The translations under genes were made by a program, and so were the position numbers. DNA of 64,000 bases from assembly GCA_035498015.1 (NCBI GenBank), contig DATKAO010000018.1, positions 1,835 to 65,834 on the forward strand, given 5' to 3'. The notes beneath the pieces were generated by a model. That model was not told the origin of the DNA and ran no database searches. It saw nothing but the letters and a program-made list of their open reading frames with translations. Of this stretch, positions 34,478 to 44,073 are shown one piece after another. Source of the DNA: Myxococcota bacterium. GTDB lineage: Bacteria; Myxococcota_A; UBA9160; SZUA-336. The first letter of the stretch is position 1; each line of letters begins with the position of its first letter.

Positions 34478-35749
34478 ATGGGACCCGCACGTTCGGTGTC
34501 TCGCGCGGCGGTGGCGCTGGCCGCACTCGCCGCTCTCTCGTCGCCGGGCCTGGCTCGCGCCGAGACCGACTCACAACAGATTGCCGCCCTGAAGCAGGAG
34601 CTCGCCGCCACCAAAGGCGAGCTGTCTCGCACCCAGTCCGCGCTCGAGGCGCTCGAGCGCAAGGTCGACGCGCTGGGCGCCGCGCCGGCAGCCGCTGCGC
34701 CGGCGCCAGTCACTCCGAGCGACACCGCGCGGCTCGCGCCGGTGAACGCGGACAACCCGGCGATCAGCTTCGTGATCGACGCCCAGGCCGGTACCAACAC
34801 GCAGGGAAATGACGGCGTCGGCTTCCTGCTGGGCACGGGCGAGCTGTTCATCTCGGCGCCGATCGACCCGTTCCTGCGCGGCTACGCCAGCATCAACGGC
34901 ACGACCGACGAGGGCTTCGACATCGAGGAGGCGGCGCTGGTCACGACGGCTCTGCCGGGGAACCTCACCGTGAAGGGCGGGCGTTTCTTCGCCGACTTCG
35001 GGCGCTTTCCGCACTGGCACGACGAGGCGCTGCCCTTCGTCAAGCGGCCCGACTCGATCGAGCGCTTCATCGGCGGCGAATCGAAGTCCGAAGGCGCCGA
35101 AGTTTCCTGGCTGGCGCCCATGGACCAGTATCTCAACGTCAGCGTCGGGGTCTACAACTCCGTCGGCGCCGAGCGCTTCGAGGATCCGGCCATGTTCGGC
35201 GAGGACAAGGGCCAGCGATCGTTCAGCGAGCTGACCTACCTGGTGCATCCGACGACCTACTTCGACCTCACCGACACGCTGAATCTGGAGCTGGGCGGGA
35301 CTTACCTCAGCGTGCCGACCGGTGCGAAGCGCGGCCTCTACGGCCTCGACGCGACGCTCCGGCACCAGCCGGGCACGAGCGAGTTCTACCAGGGGACCGA
35401 CGTCGGCGTGGAGTGGCTGTGGAGCACCGAGCGCTTCGTGAACGCCGAGCTCGAAGACGGTGGGACCGTCTCGGGCCGCTTCCGGCGCGACGGCGGCTAC
35501 GCGTACTTCGAGAGCTTCTTCGGCCGGCGCTTCTCGGTCGGTGGGCTCTTCGACTACGCCGAGAACCTGTTCGGGCCCAAAGACCTGCAGCGCACTTACT
35601 CGGCCTTCATCACCTGGAAGCCGTCCGAGTTCCAGCGGCTGCGGCTGCAGTGGGACGACGTGGGCATCGACGGTCCGGACAACCAGCGCTTCACGCTGCA
35701 GTGGACCGCCTTCATCGGGAGTCACAGCCATGGTTTCTCGCAGCGTTAG
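34478..35749 (+). CDS. secreted coiled-coil plus beta-rich protein, putative outer-membrane channel in the zinc-uptake cluster
   Basis: Signal peptide, N-terminal coiled coil (QQIAALKQELAATKGELSRTQSALEALERKVDAL), then alternating amphipathic beta-strand-like segments. GGAGGA RBS. Directly upstream of znuA. Confidence 0.45.
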   Translation: MGPARSVSRAAVALAALAALSSPGLARAETDSQQIAALKQELAATKGELSRTQSALEALERKVDALGAAPAAAAPAPVTPSDTARLAPVNADNPAISFVIDAQAGTNTQGNDGVGFLLGTGELFISAPIDPFLRGYASINGTTDEGFDIEEAALVTTALPGNLTVKGGRFFADFGRFPHWHDEALPFVKRPDSIERFIGGESKSEGAEVSWLAPMDQYLNVSVGVYNSVGAERFEDPAMFGEDKGQRSFSELTYLVHPTTYFDLTDTLNLELGGTYLSVPTGAKRGLYGLDATLRHQPGTSEFYQGTDVGVEWLWSTERFVNAELEDGGTVSGRFRRDGGYAYFESFFGRRFSVGGLFDYAENLFGPKDLQRTYSAFITWKPSEFQRLRLQWDDVGIDGPDNQRFTLQWTAFIGSHSHGFSQR

Positions 35750-36662
35750 CGCCGCCCTCGCGGCGGCAGTCACTTGGAGTCTCGCGCTCGGCGCGGCAGG
35801 GGCGCTGCGCGTGGTCGCGTCGCTGCCCGACGTGGCCGACATGACGCGTCAGATCGGCGGCGACCGGGTCGACGTGACCACCATCGCCGAGGGCGGCCAG
35901 GACCCGCACAAGGTCCCGGTCAAGCCCTCGTTCGTGACCAAGCTGAACCGCGCCGACGCGCTGGTCGTGCAGGGGCTCGGGCTCGAGCACGCGTATCTCC
36001 CCGCGCTGATCGAGGCTTCGCGCAACCCGAAGATCGCGCCCGGCGCGGCCGCGTACATCGACGCGTCGCTCTACGTGCAGCCGCTCGAGGTGCCGGAGAG
36101 TCAGAACCGCGCGCAGGGCGAGCTCCACCCCTTGGGCAACCCGCACTTCAACCTGGACCCCGGCGAGGGCAAGCAGATGGCGCGCGCGATCGCCGAGGGA
36201 CTCACGCGCGTCGACCCGGACGGCGCGGCAGCCTACGCGGCCGGCCTCGCGCGCTACGAGAAGACGCTCGACGACAAGATCGCCGAATGGAACCAGCTGG
36301 CGGCGCCGCTGCGCGGGCTGAAGGTCGTTTCCTATCACCCCGACCTCGTGTATCTCGCGCGGCGCTACGGACTGGAGCTGGTGGGCACGATCGAGACCAG
36401 GCCCGGCGTGCCCGCCACGCCGGGTCACATCGCGGAGCTGGTGGCCTCCATGAAGCAGAAGAAGGTGGAGCTGGTGGTGCGCGAGGTGGCCTACGAGCTG
36501 CCGCTCGCCCAGGAGGTGGCCGAGCAGGCGGGCGCGAAGGTGGTCACGCTGTCCACGCTCACCGGCGGCCTGCCCGGCTCGGGTCCGACCTACATCGACT
36601 TCGTCGACGCCAACCTGCGCGCGCTGGTCGCCGCCGCGAAGCAGCAGGCCGGGAGTCACTGA
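35730..36662 (+). CDS. znuA: periplasmic zinc/manganese ABC transporter substrate-binding protein (TroA/ZnuA family)
   Basis: VVASLPDVADMTRQIGGDRVDVTTIAEGGQDPHKVPVKPS and ELHPLGNPHFNLDP: cluster-9 metal-binding motifs with conserved His residues. Confidence 0.75.
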   Translation: MVSRSVSAALAAAVTWSLALGAAGALRVVASLPDVADMTRQIGGDRVDVTTIAEGGQDPHKVPVKPSFVTKLNRADALVVQGLGLEHAYLPALIEASRNPKIAPGAAAYIDASLYVQPLEVPESQNRAQGELHPLGNPHFNLDPGEGKQMARAIAEGLTRVDPDGAAAYAAGLARYEKTLDDKIAEWNQLAAPLRGLKVVSYHPDLVYLARRYGLELVGTIETRPGVPATPGHIAELVASMKQKKVELVVREVAYELPLAQEVAEQAGAKVVTLSTLTGGLPGSGPTYIDFVDANLRALVAAAKQQAGSH

Positions 36663-37316
36663 GTGGAGGAGGAGCTGATCCGCGTGGAGCGCGCGACGCT
36701 GGGCTATCCCGGGCGCGTGGTGCTGCGCGACGTGTCGCTCGCGCTCCGCCCCGGCGAGTTCGTGGCGGTGCTGGGCGCCAACGGCTCGGGCAAGACCACG
36801 CTCTTGCGCAGCCTGCTCGGCTTCCTGCCGCCGCTGCTCGGCCGCGTGGAGCGCGCGGCCGGGCTGCGCGTGGGCTACGTGCCCCAGCGCGAGACACTCG
36901 ACGACCTGTACCCGCTCACCGCGGGCGACGTGGCGCTCATGGGCACCTACGCCGACGTGCCGTTCTGGCGCCTGCTCGGCGCAGGCGAGCGGGAGCGCGC
37001 GCGGCGGGCGCTCGCGGCTTGCGGGGCGACCGGCTTCGAGCGGCTGCGCTACTCGGAGCTCTCGGGCGGCCAGCGCCAGCGCGTGCTGATCTCGCGCGCC
37101 CTGGCGACCGAGCCGCAGCTGCTCTTGCTCGACGAGCCGACCGCGGGCGTGGACCACGAGACCGAGCAGGCGATCGTGCGCGTGCTGGCCGCCCTGCGCA
37201 GCGAGCGCTCGCTGGCGGTCTGGATCGTGACTCACCATGCCGAGGCGGTGCTCGGCGCGGTCGACCGCGTGATCCAACTCGGCGCCGGCACCGCGGCGGA
37301 GGTGCGTGCGCAATGA
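36663..37316 (+). CDS. znuC: zinc/manganese ABC transporter ATP-binding protein
   Basis: Walker A GANGSGKTT, signature LSGGQRQRV, Walker B LLLDEPTAGVD. GTG start abutting the znuA stop. Confidence 0.85.
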   Translation: MEEELIRVERATLGYPGRVVLRDVSLALRPGEFVAVLGANGSGKTTLLRSLLGFLPPLLGRVERAAGLRVGYVPQRETLDDLYPLTAGDVALMGTYADVPFWRLLGAGERERARRALAACGATGFERLRYSELSGGQRQRVLISRALATEPQLLLLDEPTAGVDHETEQAIVRVLAALRSERSLAVWIVTHHAEAVLGAVDRVIQLGAGTAAEVRAQ

Positions 37317-38668
37317 GCGAGCTGTTCTCACCGGACTTCCTGTTCCGCAACGCCGTGTACGGGGGCTGGATCGTGTGCGTCCTGTGCGCGCTGCTCGGGG
37401 TGTACGTGGCGCTGCGGCGCATGGTGCTCCTGGGCCTGGCGCTGCCGCAGGCCGGCGCGGCCGGCATCGCGTTTGTGTTTCTCGTGACCCACCACGTGCA
37501 CGGCGACGCCGGCGGTGCGCACGGGGTCGCGCTCGCGGGCTCGCTGGCCGCGACCTTCGCGGCGCTCGGACTCCTGGTCGCAGGCGCGCGCGGCTCGCGC
37601 ACGCCGGTGGAGTGGCGCATCGGCGCGGTGCTCGCGGTGGCCTCGGCGCTGACCCTGTTCTGTGTCTCGCTGAATCCGAGCGGCGACCTCGAGATGACGA
37701 GCCTGCTGCGCGGCGAGCTGCTCGCCATCTCGGACCGCGACCTGGCGGTGCTGGCAGTCACCGCCGGGCTCGTGCTGGTCGGCTTCGTGCTGTTCCGCCG
37801 CGACCTCCTGCTGGTCTCGTTCGACCGCGAGTTCGCGCGCACGGTCGGCAAGAGCCCGACCCGCTGGGACGCGTTGCTCTACGCGCTGCTCGGCGTGGGC
37901 ATCTCGGTCGGCGTGATGACGGCCGGGCCGATGGTGGTGTTCGGGTTCCTGGTGCTGCCGGCGCTCGCCGCGCTGCGCGTCACGAGTCGCCTGGCGGCGA
38001 CCTTCGCGCTCGCGGCCGCGATCGGCAGCGTGTGCGCGCTCGGCGGCTTCGAGATCTCGTATCGCGCGGACCTGCCCGCAGGCCCGGTGTACGTGCTGCT
38101 CGCGGCGGCGATCTGGCTGGCGATCAGTGGCGTGGCGCGGCTGCGGCGGCGGCGCGCCGTGGCGAGAGCGCTCGGGCTGCTGCTCGCGGCGCTGCTCCTG
38201 CCGGGCTGCGCGACGACCCGCGGAACGGTGCTTCCGCCGCTCGAAGGCCGCTCGGTGGCCGTGCTGCCGTTCCGCAACGAGACCGGCGCGAGCCTGCGCC
38301 TGGCCTCGCCCAACCCGCTCCAGGAGGTGACTCGCGCGCTGGGCCGCGCCTCGGCCGATCCGCCCGCGACCGTGCTCGACGTGCTCGAGGCCAGCGCCGT
38401 GCGCGAGCTCGCGCAGCGCGGCTACCGGGTCGCGCCGAGTGACTTCCCGCCCGTGAATCTCGTCGGCACGCTCTACGTCTTCGACCGCCCCGCAGACGAG
38501 CCGCTGCGCGTCCGGCTCGAGCTCGAGCTCGTCGACCCGGCCGACGGCTCGGTGCTGTGGCGCGGCGGCGCACGCCGCCCGGTGCCCGTGCCGGCCGCGC
38601 AGACGCTGGCCGAGGTCGCGCAAGATGCCGCGCCCAGCATCTTTGCCGAGGCCTTCGCGGCGCACTGA
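37313..38668 (+). CDS. znuB: ABC-3 family metal permease (ZnuB-like) fused in frame to a C-terminal lipoprotein-type domain
   Basis: ATG at 37313 overlapping the znuC stop. 8-TM permease with no stop codon, continuing into RLRRRRAVARALGLLLAALLLPGC (signal-peptide-like with a lipobox) and an SVAVLPFRNETG module. Internal in-frame GTG candidates at 38132 and 38159. Confidence 0.7.
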   Translation: MSELFSPDFLFRNAVYGGWIVCVLCALLGVYVALRRMVLLGLALPQAGAAGIAFVFLVTHHVHGDAGGAHGVALAGSLAATFAALGLLVAGARGSRTPVEWRIGAVLAVASALTLFCVSLNPSGDLEMTSLLRGELLAISDRDLAVLAVTAGLVLVGFVLFRRDLLLVSFDREFARTVGKSPTRWDALLYALLGVGISVGVMTAGPMVVFGFLVLPALAALRVTSRLAATFALAAAIGSVCALGGFEISYRADLPAGPVYVLLAAAIWLAISGVARLRRRRAVARALGLLLAALLLPGCATTRGTVLPPLEGRSVAVLPFRNETGASLRLASPNPLQEVTRALGRASADPPATVLDVLEASAVRELAQRGYRVAPSDFPPVNLVGTLYVFDRPADEPLRVRLELELVDPADGSVLWRGGARRPVPVPAAQTLAEVAQDAAPSIFAEAFAAH

Positions 38669-38713
38669 CTCGCGCTTGCCGCGCCTCGGGCCCCGTGGCA
38701 CGTTCGGGCGCGC

Positions 38714-39358
38714 ATGGACCTGCAGCGCCCGAACGCGGAGCTCCTGCTGCGCGCCTACGCGCGCGGCATCTTTCCCATGGCCGACCCCGGCACGGGCAGC
38801 ATCGACTGGTACAGCCCCGACCCGCGCGCCGTGATTCCGCTCGACGCCTTCCACGTGCCCAGGAGCGTGCAGCGCGTGGCGCGCTCGGGTGCGTTCGAGA
38901 TCCGGAGTGACTCGGAGTTCGAGGCGGTGATCCGCGCCTGCGCCGAGCCCCGCCCGGGCCGCAAGCAGACCTGGCTGAACGAGCGCCTGATCCGGCCCTA
39001 CGTCGAGCTGCACCGCAACGGTTTCGCCCACAGCGTGGAGGCCTGGCGCGACGGGCAGCTGGTGGGCGGCTTGTACGGCGTGCACGTCGGCGGCGCCTTC
39101 TTCGGCGAGAGCATGTTCAGCCGCCCCGAGACGGGCGGGCGCGACGCCTCGAAGGTGTGTCTGGTGCGGCTCGTCGAGTGGCTGCGCGCGGGCCGCTTCC
39201 ACCTGCTCGACACCCAGTTCAAGACGCCGCACCTGGCGCGCTTCGGCTGCGTGGAGATCCCGCGCGGAGAGTATCTCGAGCGGCTCGCGCAGGCGCTCGA
39301 GCGCCGCGGGCGCTGGCCGCACGAGCCACCTCCGCCCCAGGGCCGCGACTTCAAGTAG
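38714..39358 (+). CDS. aat: leucyl/phenylalanyl-tRNA--protein transferase
   Basis: GIFPMADPG...DWYSPDPRAVIPL and GVHVGGAFFGESMFS motifs. 214 aa. Confidence 0.85.
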   Translation: MDLQRPNAELLLRAYARGIFPMADPGTGSIDWYSPDPRAVIPLDAFHVPRSVQRVARSGAFEIRSDSEFEAVIRACAEPRPGRKQTWLNERLIRPYVELHRNGFAHSVEAWRDGQLVGGLYGVHVGGAFFGESMFSRPETGGRDASKVCLVRLVEWLRAGRFHLLDTQFKTPHLARFGCVEIPRGEYLERLAQALERRGRWPHEPPPPQGRDFK

Positions 39359-39558
39359 CTTCGGGGCGGTTCCGATGCGAGCCCATGGCGAGCTTCATGG
39401 CGATGGTCGTCGCCTCGCTCGTGGGGCTCGGGCTGCGCGACCCGTTGGACGGGCTGTTCGGCGTGGTGCCCGGCGAGGCGCTCGGGCTGGTCGTCGGCTT
39501 GGTGGTGTACTTCTACGCGCGCCGCTGGCTTCGCGAGCTGCGCGGAGAGTGAGTCGAC

Positions 39559-40824
39559 CTAGCGCTCGGGATCGAACTCGATGCGCATTTCCTTCACGCC
39601 GTTGATGAAGTTCGAGCGCAGGCGGCGCGGCGGCGCGGCCAGGCGCGGGTTCTTCAGGCGCCTCAGCATCTCCTGGAAGATCACGGTCAGCTCGAGCCGC
39701 GCGAGGTTCGCGCCCAGGCAGTAGTGCTCGCCGATGCCGAACGCGAGGTGCTCGTTCTCCCGGCGCGTCACGTCGAAGCGGTCGGGGCTCGCGAACACGT
39801 CCTCGTCGCGGTTCGCCGACGGGTACCACATGACCACCTTGTCGCCCTCGCGGATCTTGCGCCCGCGGAGCTCCGTGTCTTGCGTCGCGGTGCGGCGGAA
39901 GTGATGCACCGCGGGGTCGAAGCGCACGAACTCCTCGACCGCGCCCGGCACGAGTGAGGGGTCGTTGGCCAGCATGCGCAGCTGGTCCGGATGGTCGAGC
40001 AGCGCCTTCATGCCGTTGGTCGTGACGGTGCGCGTGGTCTCGTTGCCGGCCACGAGCAGGAGCAGGAAGAACGAGCAGAACTCGAGCTCGGTCAGCTTCT
40101 CGCCGTCGATCTCCACGTTCATGAGCGTGGTGGTGAGGTTGTCCGCGGGGTGATTGCGGTAGTACTCCGCCAGCTTCATGGCGAAGCCGAACATCTGCGC
40201 CGAGGCCGCGCGCGCGTCTTCCTCGGTGTTCTGATACTCCGGATCGTCGAAGCCGATCAGCTTGTTCGACAGCTCGAAGATCAGCTTGCGGTCTTCCTGC
40301 GGCACTCCGACCAGCTCGCAGATCACCTGCAGCGGCAGCTCGGCGGCGAGCTCCTCCACGAACTCACACTCGCCGCGGTGCGCGACCTGGTCGACGATGC
40401 GCTTCGAGAGCGCGCGCAGATACGGCTCCTGTTTCGCCGTCATCTGCGGCGTGAAGCCGCGCTGCACCATGCGCCGGAACTTCACGTGCTGCGGCGGATC
40501 CATGTTGAGCATGATCATGCGCATGCCCATGAGCGCGGCCTCGTCGCGGTCGGGGATGTTCGTGCCGCCGCGCCACGACGAGAACAAGAGCGGGTTGCGC
40601 GAGACGTGCTTCAGGTCCTCGTACTTGGTCACGCACCAGAAGCCGCGTCCGCCGGGGGTCTGCTCCTTGTGCCAGTGGACCGGGTCCTCGCGCCGCAGCT
40701 CCTTGAACCAGTGGTGCGGGGTGCCCGCGACGAAGTTGTCCGGATTGTCGAGGTCGATGTGTTCGAGGGCCAACGGACGTCCTCCAGCGTGCGCGATTAG
40801 AACACGTTCTACTCGCACTGGCAA
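39559..40824 (-). CDS. cytochrome P450
   Basis: Heme-binding loop FGIGEHYCLGANLARLE, EXXR (ETTR) motif, I-helix AGNETT. Confidence 0.85.
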   Translation of the reverse strand: MPVRVERVLIAHAGGRPLALEHIDLDNPDNFVAGTPHHWFKELRREDPVHWHKEQTPGGRGFWCVTKYEDLKHVSRNPLLFSSWRGGTNIPDRDEAALMGMRMIMLNMDPPQHVKFRRMVQRGFTPQMTAKQEPYLRALSKRIVDQVAHRGECEFVEELAAELPLQVICELVGVPQEDRKLIFELSNKLIGFDDPEYQNTEEDARAASAQMFGFAMKLAEYYRNHPADNLTTTLMNVEIDGEKLTELEFCSFFLLLLVAGNETTRTVTTNGMKALLDHPDQLRMLANDPSLVPGAVEEFVRFDPAVHHFRRTATQDTELRGRKIREGDKVVMWYPSANRDEDVFASPDRFDVTRRENEHLAFGIGEHYCLGANLARLELTVIFQEMLRRLKNPRLAAPPRRLRSNFINGVKEMRIEFDPER

Positions 40825-40871
40825 CCGTTCGGTCGATTGAGAGCAGCCCGATCGCGTGTTCCAATCGTGGC

Positions 40872-41669
40872 ATGCCGAGCCCCCACGCGATCGTCGAGCG
40901 CGACGGACACGTCCTGGTCGTGACCTTGAACCGGCCCGAGGCGAAGAACGCCCTCTCGCCCGACATGTTGTGGCGTTTGTACGAGGCGTGGCGGCTGCTC
41001 GACAGCGACTCCGAGCTGCGCTGCGCCGTGCTCACCGGCGCGGGCGGCACGTTCTGCGCCGGCGCCGACTTGAAGACGATGGGACGCGAGCAGCCGGACG
41101 CGGAAATGCAGAAGCGCATGCAGGAGGTGCCCGACCTGCACTGGCAGGCGCTGTTGCGGCACAACCGGCCGATGAAGCCGATCATCGCTGCGGTCGAGGG
41201 CTACGCGGTGGCCGGAGGCACCGAGATACTCCAGGGCACCGACATCCGCGTCGCAGGAGACAGCGCGACCTTCGGAGTCACCGAGGCCAAGCGCGGGCTG
41301 TTCCCGCTGGGCGGCTCGACCGTCCGCCTGCGCCGGCAGATCCCGTACACGCTCGCGGCCGAGATCCTGCTCACCGCGCGCCACGTGAGCGCGCAGGAGG
41401 CCAAGGAGTTCGGCCTGATCGGGCGCGTCGTGCCGGCCGGCTCCGCGCTCGAGGAGGCGCGCAAGATCGCGGCGCAGATCTGCGAGAACGGCCCGCTCTC
41501 GGTGCAGGCGATCTTGAAGTCACTGCGCACGCTCGACGAGTCAGTCCCCGAAGCGGTCGCGCTCGAGAAGGAGCTCGAGCTCGGCTGGCCCGTGTTCGCC
41601 AGCGAAGACGCGAAGGAGGGACCGCGCGCCTTCGCCGAGAAGCGCAAGCCCGTCTACAAGGGGCGCTAG
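40872..41669 (+). CDS. enoyl-CoA hydratase/isomerase (crotonase family)
   Basis: FCAGADLK oxyanion-hole motif and IAAVEGYAVAGGTEI. 265 aa. Confidence 0.85.
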   Translation: MPSPHAIVERDGHVLVVTLNRPEAKNALSPDMLWRLYEAWRLLDSDSELRCAVLTGAGGTFCAGADLKTMGREQPDAEMQKRMQEVPDLHWQALLRHNRPMKPIIAAVEGYAVAGGTEILQGTDIRVAGDSATFGVTEAKRGLFPLGGSTVRLRRQIPYTLAAEILLTARHVSAQEAKEFGLIGRVVPAGSALEEARKIAAQICENGPLSVQAILKSLRTLDESVPEAVALEKELELGWPVFASEDAKEGPRAFAEKRKPVYKGR

Positions 41670-41679
41670 GCCCCGCGAC

Positions 41680-42813
41680 TCACTGACCCGCGGGCGGGGT
41701 CGAGGCGAGCACCTCGCCGATGCGCTCCAGATGGCGGGCGGCGGAGCCGAGCGTGAGCTCGATCTGCCGCGTCCACAGATAGGAGCGGTGCAAGGGGTAG
41801 TCGAGGTCGACGCCGATGCCGCCGTGCAGGTGCTGCGCAGCGTAGGTCGAGAAGTTGCCGCCGTCGGCGGCCCAGATCTTCGCGACCGAGACCGCGAGCG
41901 CCGCGGGCCGGCCCTCGGCCAGCAGGAAGGCGGCCTGCTGCATGGTGAGCCGCATGGCTTCGATGTTCACGTACGCGTCGCCCGCGCGCTGGTGCACGGC
42001 CTGGAAGCTGCCGATCGGCCGGTCGAACTGCTTGCGCTCCGAGGTGTAGGCGGCGGTCATGCGCAGCGCCCGGTCGGCCACGCCGACCTGCATGGCGCAC
42101 AGGCCGGTCACCGCGCGCTCGCCGATCCAGCGCGCGATCTCGCGCCCGCGCGCGATCGTGCCCAGCAGGTCCTGTGACTTCGCCTTGGTGCGGCGCAGCG
42201 TGAGCGTCGCGACCGGCTCGCGGCTCGTGACTCGCTGGGGCTCGAGCTTCACGCCTGGCGCGTTCGGGTCGATCCAGAACCAGCCGATGCGGCCCTGGCC
42301 GGTCGCGGCCGGCACCAGCACGCGCGCCGCGTGCTGGGCGATCGGCACCGTGAGCTTGGTGCCGGTGAGTCGCCAGCCCGCGCCGTCGCGCTCGGCGCGC
42401 GTCGAGGGGCGCTCGAGGTCGTCGGAATCGGGCTCTTCGAGCGCGGCGGTGAGCAGCGTCTCGCCCGAGATCACGCCCGGGAGCCAGCTCTTCTTCTGCT
42501 CGGCCGAGCCGAACTGCGCCAGTGGCAGCGCACCCAGCACGACCGTGGCGAAGTAGGGCACCGGCGCCACCGTGCGGCCGACCTCTTCGAGCACGAGACA
42601 CAGCTCGAAGAAGCCCAGGCCGCTGCCGCCGAACTCCTCGGGCAGGCAGGCGCCCACCAGGTTCGCCTCGGCCAGCGCGCGCCACAGCTCGCGGTCGATG
42701 CCGTCGGCGCTGGCCTCGATCGCCTTCAGGCGCTCGTGGGTCGCGCGGTCCTGCAGGATCTTGCGCGCCAGCTCGACGAGTGACTTCTGGTCTTCCGAGA
42801 GTGCGAAGTTCAT
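41680..42813 (-). CDS. acyl-CoA dehydrogenase family protein
   Basis: ACAD three-domain architecture, C-terminal QHLHGGIGVDLDYPLHRSY. Confidence 0.8.
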   Translation of the reverse strand: MNFALSEDQKSLVELARKILQDRATHERLKAIEASADGIDRELWRALAEANLVGACLPEEFGGSGLGFFELCLVLEEVGRTVAPVPYFATVVLGALPLAQFGSAEQKKSWLPGVISGETLLTAALEEPDSDDLERPSTRAERDGAGWRLTGTKLTVPIAQHAARVLVPAATGQGRIGWFWIDPNAPGVKLEPQRVTSREPVATLTLRRTKAKSQDLLGTIARGREIARWIGERAVTGLCAMQVGVADRALRMTAAYTSERKQFDRPIGSFQAVHQRAGDAYVNIEAMRLTMQQAAFLLAEGRPAALAVSVAKIWAADGGNFSTYAAQHLHGGIGVDLDYPLHRSYLWTRQIELTLGSAARHLERIGEVLASTPPAGQ

Positions 42814-42820
42814 CGCGCGC

Positions 42821-43999
42821 TCACCCCTTGTAGTGCGGCATCTGCAGGCCGGCCATCGCGATGATGTCGCGCTGCACCTCGTTGGTGCCGCCTCCGAAGG
42901 TCAGGATCAGCGCCGAGCGGTACATGCGCTCCAGCCGCCCGGCCAGCACGGCGCCCGGCGAGCGCCGGTTGATCGCCGCCGCGGGGCCGATCACCTCCAT
43001 CAGCAGCCGGTAGGCCTCGACGAAGAACTCACTGGCGTAGACCTTCACGGTCGAGGCCTCGGCCGGGTGCAGCCGCGAGTGAGTCAGCGTCCAGGCCTGC
43101 TTCCACAGCATGAGCCGCAGCGCCTCGGCGCCCGCGTAGCAGCGCGCGAGGTTGCGGCGCACGAACGGCTGGTCGATCACACGCCGGCCGTCGGCGAGCT
43201 TGGTCGACTGCGCCCAGCGGCGCACGTCGTCGGAGAGCCTCTCGAACGGCCCGATCGGGAACAGCGACACGCGCTCGTGGTTGAGCTGACTCGTGATCAG
43301 GCCCCAGCCGTTGTTCAGCCCGCCCACCAGATAGCGGCCGGGCACGCGCACCTGGTCGTAGAAGGTCGCGTTGGTGCGCACGTCGGAGACGGTCCAGATC
43401 GGCGTGAGTCGGAAGCCGGGCGAGCTCGTCGGCACGATGAACATGGAGATGCCGCGGTGCTTCTTCGCGTCGGGATCGGTGCGGGCCGCGAGCCAGATGT
43501 AGTCGGCGAAGTCGGCCAGGCTGGTGAAGGTTTTCTGGCCCTGGATGATCCAGTCGTCGCCGTCGCGCACCGCGCTGGTGGTGAGCGAGGCCAGGTCGGT
43601 GCCGGCACCCGGCTCCGAGTAGCCGATCGCGAAGTTCAGCTCGCCGGCAAGAATGCGCGGCAGGAACTCGGCCTTCTGCTCCGGCGTGCCGAACGCCATG
43701 ATCGTCGGGCCGATCGTGTTCAAGGTGAGGAAGGGCAGGGGGAAGCCGGCGCGCTGGATCTCGTCGGCGAACAGGAACTGCTCGAGCGGCGTGCGGTCCA
43801 TGCCGCCGTATTCCTTGGGCCAGCCGACGCCCAGCCAGCCGTCCTTCCCCATCTTCTTCATGGCGCGGCGGTACTGCGGCCCGCCGCCTTCGCCGCCCGC
43901 GGTCAGCTCGGCGACGAGCTCCGGAGTCATGAGCTTGGCGAAGTAGGTGCGGAGCTCGTCGCGCAGCGCGCGCAGCTCGGGGGTCAGATCGATGTACAT
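42821..43999 (-). CDS. acyl-CoA dehydrogenase family protein
   Basis: ATG at 43999 with a GGGAGAG RBS. ACAD motifs GYSEPGAGTDLASL and FGGGTNEVQRDIIA. Confidence 0.8.
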   Translation of the reverse strand: MYIDLTPELRALRDELRTYFAKLMTPELVAELTAGGEGGGPQYRRAMKKMGKDGWLGVGWPKEYGGMDRTPLEQFLFADEIQRAGFPLPFLTLNTIGPTIMAFGTPEQKAEFLPRILAGELNFAIGYSEPGAGTDLASLTTSAVRDGDDWIIQGQKTFTSLADFADYIWLAARTDPDAKKHRGISMFIVPTSSPGFRLTPIWTVSDVRTNATFYDQVRVPGRYLVGGLNNGWGLITSQLNHERVSLFPIGPFERLSDDVRRWAQSTKLADGRRVIDQPFVRRNLARCYAGAEALRLMLWKQAWTLTHSRLHPAEASTVKVYASEFFVEAYRLLMEVIGPAAAINRRSPGAVLAGRLERMYRSALILTFGGGTNEVQRDIIAMAGLQMPHYKG

Positions 44000-44073
44000 G
44001 GGCTCTCCCGTCGGAGAGCCATTAGAACGTGTTGCAAAATAGAGGGCAAGCGCGCCCGTCTCATGTTCGGGCC

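Noticed and set aside
39385-39552. 56-aa ORF MASFMAMVVASLVGLGL... between aat and the P450 gene
   Set aside because: Short and hydrophobic, with no RBS or conservation evidence available; left unannotated.
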